A stretch of DNA of 64,000 nt from Phycisphaerales bacterium (GCA_027451365.1 DAIDJN010000042.1:1-64000); one strand, 5' to 3'; shown: positions 8,570-20,612, counted from the stretch's first letter. Notes: generated by a model not told the origin, from the letters alone. A program made the numbers and translations.

Positions 8570-11149
8570 ATGATTGCGCGGTTATCCGGCCTCACGATTT
8601 TTTTCGTCCTTCTGGCAACCGCGCGGCCGTGCCTCATGGCTGCTGAAGAATCCAGTCGTTCGACTGCCTTTGCCTGCCCCGCGCGCTTCGTTGTTTCGCT
8701 CTGTGGCGATCAGGATGGGAGCATCTGGATCGGCACGGAAGGCCATGGTGTTTACCGATACGATCCGAGCGAAGCCTCGCAATCTGCGTGGACCCAGTTC
8801 ACAACCGGTAACGGCCTGGCAGACAACACGGTGGAGGCCTTGGCATGTGATTCGCGCGGTCGAATTTGGGCAGGCACATTGGACCATGGCGTGGAGGTAT
8901 TTAACGGAAAATATTGGCAGCGCTACGGCTTATTGACAAATCCGCGCCAGAACGAATTGGCCGGACCGGTGGGTGAGCATGTTTTTTCAATCAAGGTCAG
9001 TCCCCTGGATGGAAGTATCTGGGTGTGTACAAATAGCGGCGTAGCCCGTTATGAGCTGGGCTACAAATCAGGAAAAGATAAAATTGCGGGGCAATGGGCT
9101 TATTATACTGTGGCGGAGGGTTTGCCGGCAGATGATGTTCAGGGTGTCGCTTTTGGGCCGCGTGGGCGGGTCTATATCGCCACCAGTTGCGACGGGCTGG
9201 CCATTGGCCGCCCAGTTCAGGAAGATCGAACGGCAATTCGCCGTCACAAATTAGTCGGCCCTATTCAATACGGGCCATGGAGGATAATAAAAAGCAGATT
9301 TACAGTGTCTCCGCCGCTGACCCCCGACGGAAATGGCCTTCCAAGTAACTTATTAAATGATATTCTTGTCGCGCCTGACGGTTCCGCATGGGTCGCAACC
9401 GATGAGGGTATTGCGTGGAGCCGGGACGGCGGCCGCCGATGGAGTTTTTTACGCGGCCGGGACTGGCTGGCCAAAGACCGCGGGCTCACAAATCCACCGT
9501 TGCCCTCTTATATTTTCAGCGCAGCGCGGAGAACGGCGCGGGCGCAATTGTTAAGTGAAGATTATTGCACCTGTCTGGCGGCAGATTCAACGGGAAGAAT
9601 ATGGGTGGGACACAGGCAAACCAGAATTGACATTATCGACCCCGCCAGCGGCCGCATTTCGCCAATCCATCGCGATGGAACGGGTGTGCGAAATAAATCG
9701 CCGCATGGCGAATGGAAGCAGTCGCATTTTTTTGTTGACAAAATATTAATGCTGAGGAAGTCGCCGCCTATCCTTGGCTGCTATGGTGGTGGGGTGCTGG
9801 CATTACCTTCATGGTTTGCAGGAACGGTACATGCGGCGAAACCGGCTGGGTTATTCACCGGCGGCAAAACAATATCGGAAAATCGCCATCCACGGATGCC
9901 GGTTGCGGCGGCAACACCAACCCGGTGGCAGCTCGCAGGAGAGAGGAAAAATATTAATTTAATTGCCCGCAAACTTTGGAAAGATCGAAACGTCCTGGAG
10001 GTGGTGCGCCTGGATGACGACTGGCGCACTGAGGGCAATTGGCTCGGGAGGTATGGGACCTATTATGCCAAGCTCGGGGCAATGGATTCGCCACACGACT
10101 TTTCCTGGGGCACATGCTTTCAGCCGCCGCCGGGGGGCGTTTCGCTGGGGTCGCATTTCCGGCACGGCGATTTTCTCCGATATTGGATTACCTGGCTTTA
10201 TACGGCCGACCGCCGATCGTTGGAAATGCCCAAGCCGATGTTCTTGCGGGATTGGATGAAAGGCCGCGTTGCCGACCAGAACCTTTACCGACGTCAATCG
10301 GAATGGGACGATCACGGTGAAGCCTATCCGCCGACCTGGCAAGGGCCGGGGCTACGGGTAAACCTCAGGATTCCAAACGGTTATTACGAATTGTGCCTTT
10401 ACGACGTTAACAAGGACGGCCATACCGGGGCAAATCGTTACCGCGATTACAGCGTCACCGTTTCCCGCGGCGCAAATCCATTAAAAGTCGGAGTTCAAAA
10501 CCGCTCGCGGCCATTAATTCTCGCAGACGCTCGCATATCTGGTTTTTGGAATGGAGTGTGGACACGTTTTCTTGTCAGAGGCCCCGGCTGGGTTCGGGTA
10601 CAAATTCATCGCGGCTCGTCAATGAATACCATCCTTGCCGGCTATTTTATCGGGCTTTTCCGCTCTGACCCGCCGCCTTATTCGCATGCGTATCCGCACG
10701 GCGAAAATACCATTGAAAACCCGCAAGCTGAATCAATTTATATTCTCCACCATCCAGCTTTCGGCAAACAGCCGAGCGGTTCAGCATTTCGTCATCGGCC
10801 CTCACCAGCGGAAATACTGGCGCAGAGAAAGAACGCTTATATTGCCACGCAAACATGGGCGGCGGATTGGTCTTCCGACAGCCTAAGGTATTTGTTGTTT
10901 GTTGGCCGCACCGCAAAAGCCCAAGGCCAGCAGGATTCTTTGGTGCGACAGTCGCGTCTGGCGAGGAAGTTCTGGCAACTGCACCGCTTTCACCTTGCCG
11001 AGGGTTTACTTAAATCTGCTCGCAAAAGCGTACCGCGCACAATTGAGGAAAATCTGCCCTTCGACCCGTCCGTGGGCAATCCCAGCCAGCGTGAGCTGCT
11101 GATATTTCAGAAATATGTCAAATACGACCCGCAAACAATCCATCGCTAA
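8570..11149 (+). CDS. Secreted beta-propeller protein (two-component regulator propeller-like repeats) with an unassigned C-terminal domain
   Basis: Signal-like N-terminus MIARLSGLTIFFVLLATARPCLMA and repeats GSIWIGT, GLADNTVEALACDSRGRIWAGT, GLPADDV and GLPSNLLNDI. There is no kinase module. The start is uncertain (the ORF is open from 8363). Confidence 0.75.
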   Translation: MIARLSGLTIFFVLLATARPCLMAAEESSRSTAFACPARFVVSLCGDQDGSIWIGTEGHGVYRYDPSEASQSAWTQFTTGNGLADNTVEALACDSRGRIWAGTLDHGVEVFNGKYWQRYGLLTNPRQNELAGPVGEHVFSIKVSPLDGSIWVCTNSGVARYELGYKSGKDKIAGQWAYYTVAEGLPADDVQGVAFGPRGRVYIATSCDGLAIGRPVQEDRTAIRRHKLVGPIQYGPWRIIKSRFTVSPPLTPDGNGLPSNLLNDILVAPDGSAWVATDEGIAWSRDGGRRWSFLRGRDWLAKDRGLTNPPLPSYIFSAARRTARAQLLSEDYCTCLAADSTGRIWVGHRQTRIDIIDPASGRISPIHRDGTGVRNKSPHGEWKQSHFFVDKILMLRKSPPILGCYGGGVLALPSWFAGTVHAAKPAGLFTGGKTISENRHPRMPVAAATPTRWQLAGERKNINLIARKLWKDRNVLEVVRLDDDWRTEGNWLGRYGTYYAKLGAMDSPHDFSWGTCFQPPPGGVSLGSHFRHGDFLRYWITWLYTADRRSLEMPKPMFLRDWMKGRVADQNLYRRQSEWDDHGEAYPPTWQGPGLRVNLRIPNGYYELCLYDVNKDGHTGANRYRDYSVTVSRGANPLKVGVQNRSRPLILADARISGFWNGVWTRFLVRGPGWVRVQIHRGSSMNTILAGYFIGLFRSDPPPYSHAYPHGENTIENPQAESIYILHHPAFGKQPSGSAFRHRPSPAEILAQRKNAYIATQTWAADWSSDSLRYLLFVGRTAKAQGQQDSLVRQSRLARKFWQLHRFHLAEGLLKSARKSVPRTIEENLPFDPSVGNPSQRELLIFQKYVKYDPQTIHR

Positions 11150-11185
11150 TGGAACTGATGGCCCACAAAAAAAAGGAGCTATACG

Positions 11186-12703
11186 ATGAATAACGAACCC
11201 GGACAAATTCTGAAAGGCGGAGCGCTGGAAACCGTGGCCCGAGTGTTGCTACTGTTATTGGCATGCCTATTGATTACGGTGCCAGATTGTCAAATCCACG
11301 CGGACACTCCGATCCCTTCGCAGGAAAATGGGAACGGACTTGTGATTATTGACGCCCAGACTTTCCTGCCGGATGGGAAAGGCGGATTCCAATATCCCGT
11401 GACGATCTCTGACGCCGGCTTAGCCGCGATTGATCCGATCTATGCCTCCGGAGCTTGGGCCGATGGGACCAGTATTTTAATCATCCGCGTCGAGCCGTTT
11501 GTTGCAGCGGCTGGGCCGATTGTCTTTACGCTTTCACCCGCGCCTGGCGTCAATCAGGTGGAATCCACCGCGGACCGCATTGGGTCGCTCTCGACGACGA
11601 TGCCACTAATACCGGCTCCGGATGCGCTGAATTTTGGTAGTATCAGCGTCACGGTCCCGGCGAATTCCAGCCCGGTGGTCTTTTACCGTCCGCCAAATGA
11701 TTTTCTAGCTGGCACATCAAGAACCGAGTTATCCGCTCAAATAACGGCCACCATGAATGGCAAGGTCGTTGGCAGTGGAACCTTCGAAATTGTTCGGCCC
11801 ACTGTCATCCTTGTGCACGGTTTTGCCTCGGGGCCAGCGACGTGGGGGACCATAAATACCGGCATGATTGGGGCGCTGCGGGCGATTTGTCCAAGCATTG
11901 GTTACGATACCGTGGACTATAGCAACGATGCGACCTCAGGTGTGGATGAGCTGGCAGGAAACATTCCGGGCCAAATAGTGAAGGATATTCAAATTGCACG
12001 CAAGAAGGGCATTGCCGCCACTCGTCCTGACTTGATCGCACACAGCTACGGGGGCGTGCTTTCCGCGTGGTACGCAGCCAACATGTCAAATATTACAATC
12101 GCCCGGGCCGACGGGTTCGCAAATGGATTTTGGAGCGGAAGAAATGACCAATACATACGTCCAAATGATTTTGGAAAGGGCGACATCCGAAGGCTCGTGA
12201 CGCTCGGCTCCCCCATGAACGGTAGCCCTTTAGCTGACGGCGCGGAAGCGAATTATACGGCCAACAGCATTCTATCTAAATTGACTTTTGGGGGCTATGG
12301 AGGCGATGGCGAAGCAATTAATGACCTTATGAATCAGGGTTCTGTTGCCAAAATTATTGCGCAGGAAAATCCAACTGTTGCTTGGATGCCGGTGGTCTGC
12401 ACAGCTGGCAACAGTCCTGCGGGTTTGCAGGGTGCGTGGGGCCTAGTTGCGGGGTGGGCGGCGAACGCCGCAAACATGAATCCTCAACATTGCGACCTTG
12501 TGGTATTTGACGTCAGCCAAGAAGATGTGGCGGGGACACCGGCGGTGCAAGCACGGGTCGTCACCGGCGTAATCCATACTGGCGAGCCTTCGGATGGGAA
12601 TGTCGAGAGCCAGGTTGAGGAACTTCTGGACCTTGTTGGTCCGGCGGCCGATCCGCCCGCGGGAACCCCTGGCGCGGGGATTTATTTTAATTCCTCACTT
12701 TAA
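11186..12703 (+). CDS. Secreted alpha/beta hydrolase (PGAP1/lipase-like) with an N-terminal beta-rich domain
   Basis: Signal peptide, oxyanion motif VHGF, nucleophile elbow AHSYGG, LVTLGSPMNGSPLAD, candidate Asp (CDLVV) and His (VIHT). AAGGAG SD. Confidence 0.8.
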   Translation: MNNEPGQILKGGALETVARVLLLLLACLLITVPDCQIHADTPIPSQENGNGLVIIDAQTFLPDGKGGFQYPVTISDAGLAAIDPIYASGAWADGTSILIIRVEPFVAAAGPIVFTLSPAPGVNQVESTADRIGSLSTTMPLIPAPDALNFGSISVTVPANSSPVVFYRPPNDFLAGTSRTELSAQITATMNGKVVGSGTFEIVRPTVILVHGFASGPATWGTINTGMIGALRAICPSIGYDTVDYSNDATSGVDELAGNIPGQIVKDIQIARKKGIAATRPDLIAHSYGGVLSAWYAANMSNITIARADGFANGFWSGRNDQYIRPNDFGKGDIRRLVTLGSPMNGSPLADGAEANYTANSILSKLTFGGYGGDGEAINDLMNQGSVAKIIAQENPTVAWMPVVCTAGNSPAGLQGAWGLVAGWAANAANMNPQHCDLVVFDVSQEDVAGTPAVQARVVTGVIHTGEPSDGNVESQVEELLDLVGPAADPPAGTPGAGIYFNSSL

Positions 12704-12714
12704 AGGAATCCAAA

Positions 12715-14130
12715 ATGGGAATATTCCGAGCTATTTCCCAGGCCAGGGCCAATTGGGCTAGATTTTTCAGGCTAGCGCTGTTCGCCGGTTCAATTGCGGG
12801 CGGCCCATCGATATTTGCGCAAGCTGGCGGCGTGGGCGTTGATCGTCATTCGGCCAAGGTGTACCCGTTGGGATATTTCCCAGGGCAGTCGGTGGTTTCG
12901 GTCAATTCTGTCGGTGGCCGCGATGCGCTAATGGGTTGCGGGATTAATATTTCGCAAAAGGGACTGACCACCTGGCGTGTGTGGTCATTTGATTCGACCC
13001 ATGGCGAATGTCCGGGCGGATGGCCCGTGGGCGGAGGCAAACGTTATCTATATTTTCTGGCCGGTCCGCTGCCCGCTAAATTTGCCGCCGCACATCACCT
13101 TGACACCATGGACCACGCGATTATTCGCCTGAAATCGGATGGCAGTTGGAAATTTATCTTGCCGCTTGGCTCCGGCCGGAATTTTACGCAGGCTGGATTT
13201 GCCGACGATAAGAAGGGTGTTATTGCCATGAGGCATAATCTCATTCTGATGACGCGCAATGGCGCGAAGGTAATGCCGCAGCCACCCGTTATTCACGGCA
13301 ACGACTATATTGAAATGGTTCGCTGGATTGACAGCCGGCGATTGCTGGTGGCGTCGGACGTGGGGCGTCTGATTCTCCTGAAATGCCGCCCAAATGACAC
13401 GTTTAAGATGTTGTGGAATGTCCGTCCCTTCGCTATCGATCAGCATTATAGTTTCATTGGATTTGATCGCCAGGCCGGTGCGTGGCTTGACAGCGGAAAC
13501 TATTTTTTAGATATCAAGCTCAGCGACGGATCTGTTATTCACCAACAGCGCAGGGGCGTCGTGGAAAAGTATTTGTATGCTCGCGAGATCAGCCAAGGCC
13601 GAATCTATGGCGGAATGAGGGAAGCCATTTTCGGCGACCACGCGTTTTTTTGGCGGACAAGAAACGGTGAAATCACCTGCTGGAGAATCTCGCGGAAAAG
13701 TATTTTCAAACTAATGTGGCATGAGCAGCTTTCCTCGCCGCAAGCTGTTTTGCGGGGTTCCAATGGCAAGTTCGCGGTGGCCTATCGGGACCCGAAGAAT
13801 GCGCGACGCACATTATTGGCTGGATTGAACATTCGCAGCGGAAAAATCACTCCAATTAAAATAACCTTGATCGCGGCATCGCCACCTCCGTGGCAGAAGC
13901 CCCCCGAAATAACTGATGCGCAGAAACGCCTATTCGATAAGTACCTTGTGCTTATGCCACCAGAAGACATGAAACACATTTTCACGGAAATCAGCAAGAC
14001 GCGGTATCCATCGCTGAAGGCACGCGCAAGCGCGATTCTCAGCCTGATGGAGGCTTATATCAAGGCCCATCCGAATCTGGTGCCACAGAATTTATCCGGC
14101 ACCGGTCATAAGGTTCCCGATTCGAAATAA
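12715..14130 (+). CDS. Hypothetical secreted basic protein, probably a beta-propeller with a helical tail
   Basis: 471-aa ORF starting 11 nt after the hydrolase, with an AAGGA SD and a signal-like N-terminus. The segment FADDKKGVIAMRHNLILMTRNG resembles a Ycf48/BNR blade. Confidence 0.55.
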   Translation: MGIFRAISQARANWARFFRLALFAGSIAGGPSIFAQAGGVGVDRHSAKVYPLGYFPGQSVVSVNSVGGRDALMGCGINISQKGLTTWRVWSFDSTHGECPGGWPVGGGKRYLYFLAGPLPAKFAAAHHLDTMDHAIIRLKSDGSWKFILPLGSGRNFTQAGFADDKKGVIAMRHNLILMTRNGAKVMPQPPVIHGNDYIEMVRWIDSRRLLVASDVGRLILLKCRPNDTFKMLWNVRPFAIDQHYSFIGFDRQAGAWLDSGNYFLDIKLSDGSVIHQQRRGVVEKYLYAREISQGRIYGGMREAIFGDHAFFWRTRNGEITCWRISRKSIFKLMWHEQLSSPQAVLRGSNGKFAVAYRDPKNARRTLLAGLNIRSGKITPIKITLIAASPPPWQKPPEITDAQKRLFDKYLVLMPPEDMKHIFTEISKTRYPSLKARASAILSLMEAYIKAHPNLVPQNLSGTGHKVPDSK

Positions 14131-14155
14131 CAAAGATGGATTACTATCGCCCGAA

Positions 14156-15481
<1,326 letters not shown>

Positions 15482-15862
15482 TTATTTCGGTCCGCTTCCG
15501 TCGCGGCAAATCCCGCCGGTCCAACATGGGCCGGGCATTCCTAAGCCGGGTAATGTAGCACGGAGCCGGGTTTATCGGCAACAGCATACAAAACCTGTAT
15601 GTAGTATCAGGAATGACCCTATTCCTTGGCAAGCGATGGTCTGTGGCGTGAATGGTGCCCTTCTAAAGGCCTGGGCGGCGGCATTTACGGGTTCCATGTC
15701 GGCGTTCCTGAAAAAGAAAGGCTGTGTCCGGTTGCACCCGAACGGAAATTTCGCGCACCCGGTTTGTCTGGCGGCACTGGCCTGCCTACGATATTTGCCG
15801 ATTGTGCAGACGGAATGTGCGGCGGATATTTCAGTTCGCGTCATTGTCATTTAGGAGTTGTT

Positions 15863-16879
15863 ATGGCCACTATGAAATGCGTTCAGGTCACCAAAGCCAA
15901 AGGGGCGTTTGAACTTGCGGAAAAGCCCGTTCCCCAGCCGGGCCTGCGCGATGTGCGGATAAAAGTTCAAGCCTGCGGCGTCTGCCACAGCGACATGTTT
16001 GTGAAAGAGGGACTGTTCCCGGGCATTCAATACCCGCGTATACCGGGCCATGAAGTTATCGGCACAGTGGACGCCGTGGGGCCGCAGGTGAAAAATTTTA
16101 CCGTTGGCCAGCGTGTCGGGCTGGGCTGGCACGGCGGGCAGTGTTTTGTATGCGATTCCTGCCGGCACGGAGATTTTATTACCTGTGCCAACGAATTGAT
16201 TACTGGAATTTCCTACGACGGCGGCTATGCGGAATATCTGATTGCGCCCCAGGAAGCGCTGGCTGTCGTACCTGACGCATTGGATGCCGCCGATGCGGCA
16301 CCCCTGATGTGCGCCGGCGTGACGACATACAACGCATTGCGGCACAGCGGCGCGATAGCCGGAGACCTGGTTGCCGTTCAGGGACTCGGCGGCCTGGGGC
16401 ACCTTGGCGTGCAGTTCGCCCGCGCCATGGGTTTTCATACGGTGGCCGTTTCCGGCGGAGAGTCCAAACGAGATCTGGCCGCCAAACTTGGCGCGCACGT
16501 CTATATTGATGCGTCGGCCCAATCGCCGGCACGGGAACTTAAGTCAATGGGCGGTGCCAAGGTGATTCTGGCCACCGCGCCCAACGCAAAATCGATTCAA
16601 CCTCTCATTGAGGGGCTGGGTGTCGGCGGCAAGCTGTTGATTGTGGGGGCCGATGCACAGCCGATCCTGGTTTCCCCGCTGCAACTGATAGGCCAGCGGA
16701 AGTCGATTATGGGCTGGCCGTCCGGCGATGGCATGGATTCGCAGGAAACACTGGAATTTGCGGCGTTAGCCAATATCCGGCCAATGGTGGAACGTTTCCC
16801 GCTGGCGCGCGCCGCTGAAGCGTATGACCATATGATGAGCGGCAAAGTCCGCTTTCGCGCTGTTCTGACCGTGGATTGA
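15863..16879 (+). CDS. Zinc-dependent alcohol dehydrogenase (AdhP-like)
   Basis: CGVCHSD, GHEVIG, structural Zn motif C-x2-C-x2-C-x7-C and GLGGLG. AGGAG SD. Confidence 0.92.
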   Translation: MATMKCVQVTKAKGAFELAEKPVPQPGLRDVRIKVQACGVCHSDMFVKEGLFPGIQYPRIPGHEVIGTVDAVGPQVKNFTVGQRVGLGWHGGQCFVCDSCRHGDFITCANELITGISYDGGYAEYLIAPQEALAVVPDALDAADAAPLMCAGVTTYNALRHSGAIAGDLVAVQGLGGLGHLGVQFARAMGFHTVAVSGGESKRDLAAKLGAHVYIDASAQSPARELKSMGGAKVILATAPNAKSIQPLIEGLGVGGKLLIVGADAQPILVSPLQLIGQRKSIMGWPSGDGMDSQETLEFAALANIRPMVERFPLARAAEAYDHMMSGKVRFRAVLTVD

Positions 16880-17049
16880 GTTGCATGTATCCGCATGTAT
16901 AATGCGATCCGACCGGTCAATAGTCCCGGATTGGATGCAATGCCACGGTTTGCGGCGTCCAGACCGTAATTCCGGTTCTGTGGCGCTGCGGAGCGGCTGA
17001 ACCGCCAACGTGACAATGCAGGTTGTGTATTAACCCCAAAGGAGATTTT

Positions 17050-17553
17050 ATGGCCAGTATCACCTTTAAAGGAAATCCCATTCATACCAGTGGAAACCTG
17101 CCCGTCGCGGGCGGTGTAATTCCTTCATTTACCCTGACTAAAAGCGATCTGGGTGAACTGCAGTCCTCTGAATTGGCGGGCAAAGCGGTTATTCTGAATA
17201 TATTTCCGAGTCTGGATACCTCGGTTTGCGCCAAGTCGGTGCGGCAGTTCAATCAGGATGCCGCCGCCCTGCCCAATGTCGCGGTACTTTGTATTTCACA
17301 CGATCTTCCATTTGCCATGAATCGCTTCTGTACGGCCGAGGGGATTAAAAATGTGCAGGTTCTGTCCTGCTTCCGGCACACCGAATTTGGCGACAAACTG
17401 GGCGTCACCATCGCGGATGGACCATTGAAAGGCCTGCTGGCGCGTGCGGTGGTGGTCATCAACGCGCAGGGCAAAATTACTCATAGCGAACTTGTGCCGG
17501 AAATCGCCCAGGAGCCAAATTACGCCGCCGCGCTTGCCGCGGCGGGAAAATAA
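17050..17553 (+). CDS. tpx: Thiol peroxidase (atypical 2-Cys peroxiredoxin)
   Basis: Motifs FPSLDTSVC, DLPFAMNRFC and EPNY. Confidence 0.95.
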   Translation: MASITFKGNPIHTSGNLPVAGGVIPSFTLTKSDLGELQSSELAGKAVILNIFPSLDTSVCAKSVRQFNQDAAALPNVAVLCISHDLPFAMNRFCTAEGIKNVQVLSCFRHTEFGDKLGVTIADGPLKGLLARAVVVINAQGKITHSELVPEIAQEPNYAAALAAAGK

Positions 17554-17746
17554 CGGTTCCACGCCTGGAATATCGTCCTTATCGTGACAGTTGATGCAGG
17601 TGCCACCGACAGGCGGCGGGTGCCGTCGGCGGACTCATTTGCCGTTTATTTTTCCATTCACCGGTACAATGTTGCGGGTTGATTGAATGCCGACGTTCAT
17701 CCAACCTGGAATCGCCAAAAGTCATTCGGCCGGATGGAGGTCGCGT

Positions 17747-19333
17747 ATGCCCCGTCATTTTAATTTGGCCAGAACTGCGATCGCTCTCTTGGCGGTGATT
17801 ATTGCTTCAATCGCAGGTCGGGCGGCTGGCGCAATTGTCATGTCCCATCTGTTCACCGACCATTGCGTGTTGCAGCGGAATACCGAAACACCGGTATGGG
17901 GATGGGCCGCACCGGGCAAACGAATCAGGGTGCGGTTTGCCGGGCAGTGCGTTTCGGCCACCGCCGACCGCCATGGAAAATGGGTGGTTCGCCTTGCGCC
18001 ACTTCATACCGATGCCATCGGCCGCCGGATGGTTATTTCCGGCGATGGTAAAAAAGTGATCCGCGATATTCTTGTGGGCGATGTGTGGCTTTGTTCCGGC
18101 CAATCCAATATGCAGTTCCCGCTGGATGGCCACTGGGCGCGTGCACTGCATGCCCGGAAGGAAGTTGCCGCCGCCAGTTATCCCATGATTCGCCTGCTTA
18201 AAGTGCCGCGAACCAATACACCCGGACCACAGCGGGATATAAAGGCATCCTGGATGGTCTGTTCTCCGGCTACTGCGAAAGATTTCAGCGCGGTGGCTTA
18301 TTTTTTCGGTCGCGACCTGTTCCAACGGCTGCATGTTCCGATGGGGCTGATTGATTCCTCGTATGGCGGAACGGTGATTCAGTCTTGGACGCCGATGTCC
18401 GCGTTGCGCCGGACGCCCGCGCTGCGTGGCGATGTGGAGTGGTTTAAGGTCGCTGCCCGCCGATATAAATTGCAATTGGTCCATTACCGGAATGTGATCA
18501 AGGCCTGGGAGGCTGCGGCACGGCGGGCTCGCGCCAACGGACAATCCGCCCCGGCGCGGCCAGGGATTCACCGGCCGCAGAATCCGTTTACCCTAAGCCG
18601 CCCTTCACCGGACATGGCACCCGTTTCCATTTACAACTCCATGATTCATCCACTGATTCCATTTGCGATGCGCGGCATTGTATGGTGTCAGGGTGAAAAC
18701 AACGCCTGGGTGAATGACCTGCTTTATGGCATTCGCCTGAAGGCCATGATCAAGGGCTGGCGACGGAACTGGGCGGCACCACAATTGCCTTTTCTGATTG
18801 TGCAGATCGCGCCCTATTTTCATTACCCCCAGCCTGCCATTGGCGTGCCCGTGGTCTGGCAGGGCGAGGAACAGGCGGTTAAAACGCTTCCGGATGTCGG
18901 CATGGTCGGAACCATGGACATTGGCGATCTGCACAATATTCACTTTCGCAACAAGCAGGCCGTCGGCCGACGGCTGGCCGCCCTGGCGCGGGCGATGGTT
19001 TATCAGCATGCGCCGCTGCGAACGCTTGGCCCGATGTACTCATCCATGCGTGTGGAGGCAAACAAAATTGTGATCCATTTCTCCGATGCCTCGGCCGGTC
19101 TGGCCAGTCGCAACGGCAAGCCGTTGGACTGGTTTGAAATTGCCGGCGAAGACCGCAAATTTGTGCCGGCCGACGCGAGAATCCAGGGCGGACAGGTGGT
19201 GGTGTGGGCGACGGCGGTTCGGCATCCCATGGCGGTTCGCTTCGGCTGGAGCTGCATGGCGCAGCCCAACCTGATGGATAAAACCGGGCTGCCTGTTTTG
19301 CCATTCCGCACCGATAACTGGCCATTGAAATAA
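17747..19333 (+). CDS. Secreted sialate O-acetylesterase family (SGNH) protein
   Basis: Motifs VLQR, GDVWLCSGQSNM, FSAVAYFFG, WCQGENN and DLHNIH; signal peptide. GGAGG SD. Confidence 0.88.
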   Translation: MPRHFNLARTAIALLAVIIASIAGRAAGAIVMSHLFTDHCVLQRNTETPVWGWAAPGKRIRVRFAGQCVSATADRHGKWVVRLAPLHTDAIGRRMVISGDGKKVIRDILVGDVWLCSGQSNMQFPLDGHWARALHARKEVAAASYPMIRLLKVPRTNTPGPQRDIKASWMVCSPATAKDFSAVAYFFGRDLFQRLHVPMGLIDSSYGGTVIQSWTPMSALRRTPALRGDVEWFKVAARRYKLQLVHYRNVIKAWEAAARRARANGQSAPARPGIHRPQNPFTLSRPSPDMAPVSIYNSMIHPLIPFAMRGIVWCQGENNAWVNDLLYGIRLKAMIKGWRRNWAAPQLPFLIVQIAPYFHYPQPAIGVPVVWQGEEQAVKTLPDVGMVGTMDIGDLHNIHFRNKQAVGRRLAALARAMVYQHAPLRTLGPMYSSMRVEANKIVIHFSDASAGLASRNGKPLDWFEIAGEDRKFVPADARIQGGQVVVWATAVRHPMAVRFGWSCMAQPNLMDKTGLPVLPFRTDNWPLK

Positions 19334-19529
19334 CTGCCCGGTTCGTGTGCGGGTGACAGTGTCCAGATTCCCATGCCGATGGGCAGGCCGACCTTCCGGT
19401 TCTTGGGCGGCACCAGTCCGCTGCGGATAACGCCTCACACCATGGCCAGCGTAGCCGGGAATGCTATACTCTGTCACGAGCGTAAAACGGCGCGGCAATG
19501 GATGCTCGCGTCATTCAGCGGAGATGTGC

Positions 19530-20612
19530 ATGGCGACAGATGCTACCAGAATATTGACAGTTGCGGATTTAGCCGCGCATGTCGGGGGTGTGGTACTGGG
19601 TGATGGCCAGAGGCCCATCCGCGGATGCCGCAGTTTGAATCTGGCCGGCCAGACCGATGCGAGTTTCCTGTCCAACATGAAATACACGGCGCAGCTGGCC
19701 ACCACTATGGCCGGTTGTGTGATCGTGGGAAAGGACACCAAACCCGCGGACTTCGACCGTGGCACACTGCCACCGCTGACCTTCATTCAAACCGCTGATC
19801 CTTATTACAGCTTTCGGGAAATCGTGGTTTTGCTGCATGGTTTTCGTGTGCATCCGTCTATGGCGGTGTCACCGCTGGCGGTGGTGGCTAAATCCGCCAG
19901 AATCGGCGCGAATTGCCAGATACATCCTTTCGCGTCCATCGGAGAGAACGCGGTTTTAGGTGCTGGCTGTGTGGTCTACCCTGGCGCGGTGCTGATGGCC
20001 CGTACGACATTGGGCGACAACTGCATCGTGTACCCGAATGCGACTGTTTACGACGATTGCGTGCTGGGTAACCGCTGCATTCTGCAATCAGGCGCGGTGG
20101 TCGGGTCCGATGGATACGGATTTGCCACCCACCACGGCGTGCATCATAAAATTCCGCAAATTGGCAATGTCCTGCTGGAAGATGATGTAGAAGTGGGCGC
20201 CAATACCGTCATTGAACGGGCCGCAATGGAAAGCACGGTTATAGCAAAAGGAACGAAACTGGGAAATTCGGTGGTCATTGGCCACAACTGCCAGATTGGT
20301 GAGCATAATCTGCTGGTAAGCCAGGTCGGTATTGCCGGCAGCACACAAACGGGGCATCATGTGGTGTTGGCCGGGCAGGTTGGAGTTGCCGGGCATTTGC
20401 ATATTGGAAATCTGGTGCGCGCCGCAGCGCAGGCGGGAATCGCCGCCGATATTCCGGACGCACAGGATGTCGGCGGCACACCGGCGGTTGAAATGAAACA
20501 GGCTAAACGGGTGTATCTGCAACTTTATCAATTGCCGGACCTCGCCAAGCGGATTCGGGACTTGGAACGGACCGTGGCCAGCCTGAAAAAGCCTTCGCCC
20601 GATGAGGCGTAA
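19530..20612 (+). CDS. lpxD: UDP-3-O-acylglucosamine N-acyltransferase
   Basis: Hexapeptide repeats plus GSDGYGF, KIPQIG, VEVGANTVI and IGHNC. Confidence 0.95.
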   Translation: MATDATRILTVADLAAHVGGVVLGDGQRPIRGCRSLNLAGQTDASFLSNMKYTAQLATTMAGCVIVGKDTKPADFDRGTLPPLTFIQTADPYYSFREIVVLLHGFRVHPSMAVSPLAVVAKSARIGANCQIHPFASIGENAVLGAGCVVYPGAVLMARTTLGDNCIVYPNATVYDDCVLGNRCILQSGAVVGSDGYGFATHHGVHHKIPQIGNVLLEDDVEVGANTVIERAAMESTVIAKGTKLGNSVVIGHNCQIGEHNLLVSQVGIAGSTQTGHHVVLAGQVGVAGHLHIGNLVRAAAQAGIAADIPDAQDVGGTPAVEMKQAKRVYLQLYQLPDLAKRIRDLERTVASLKKPSPDEA

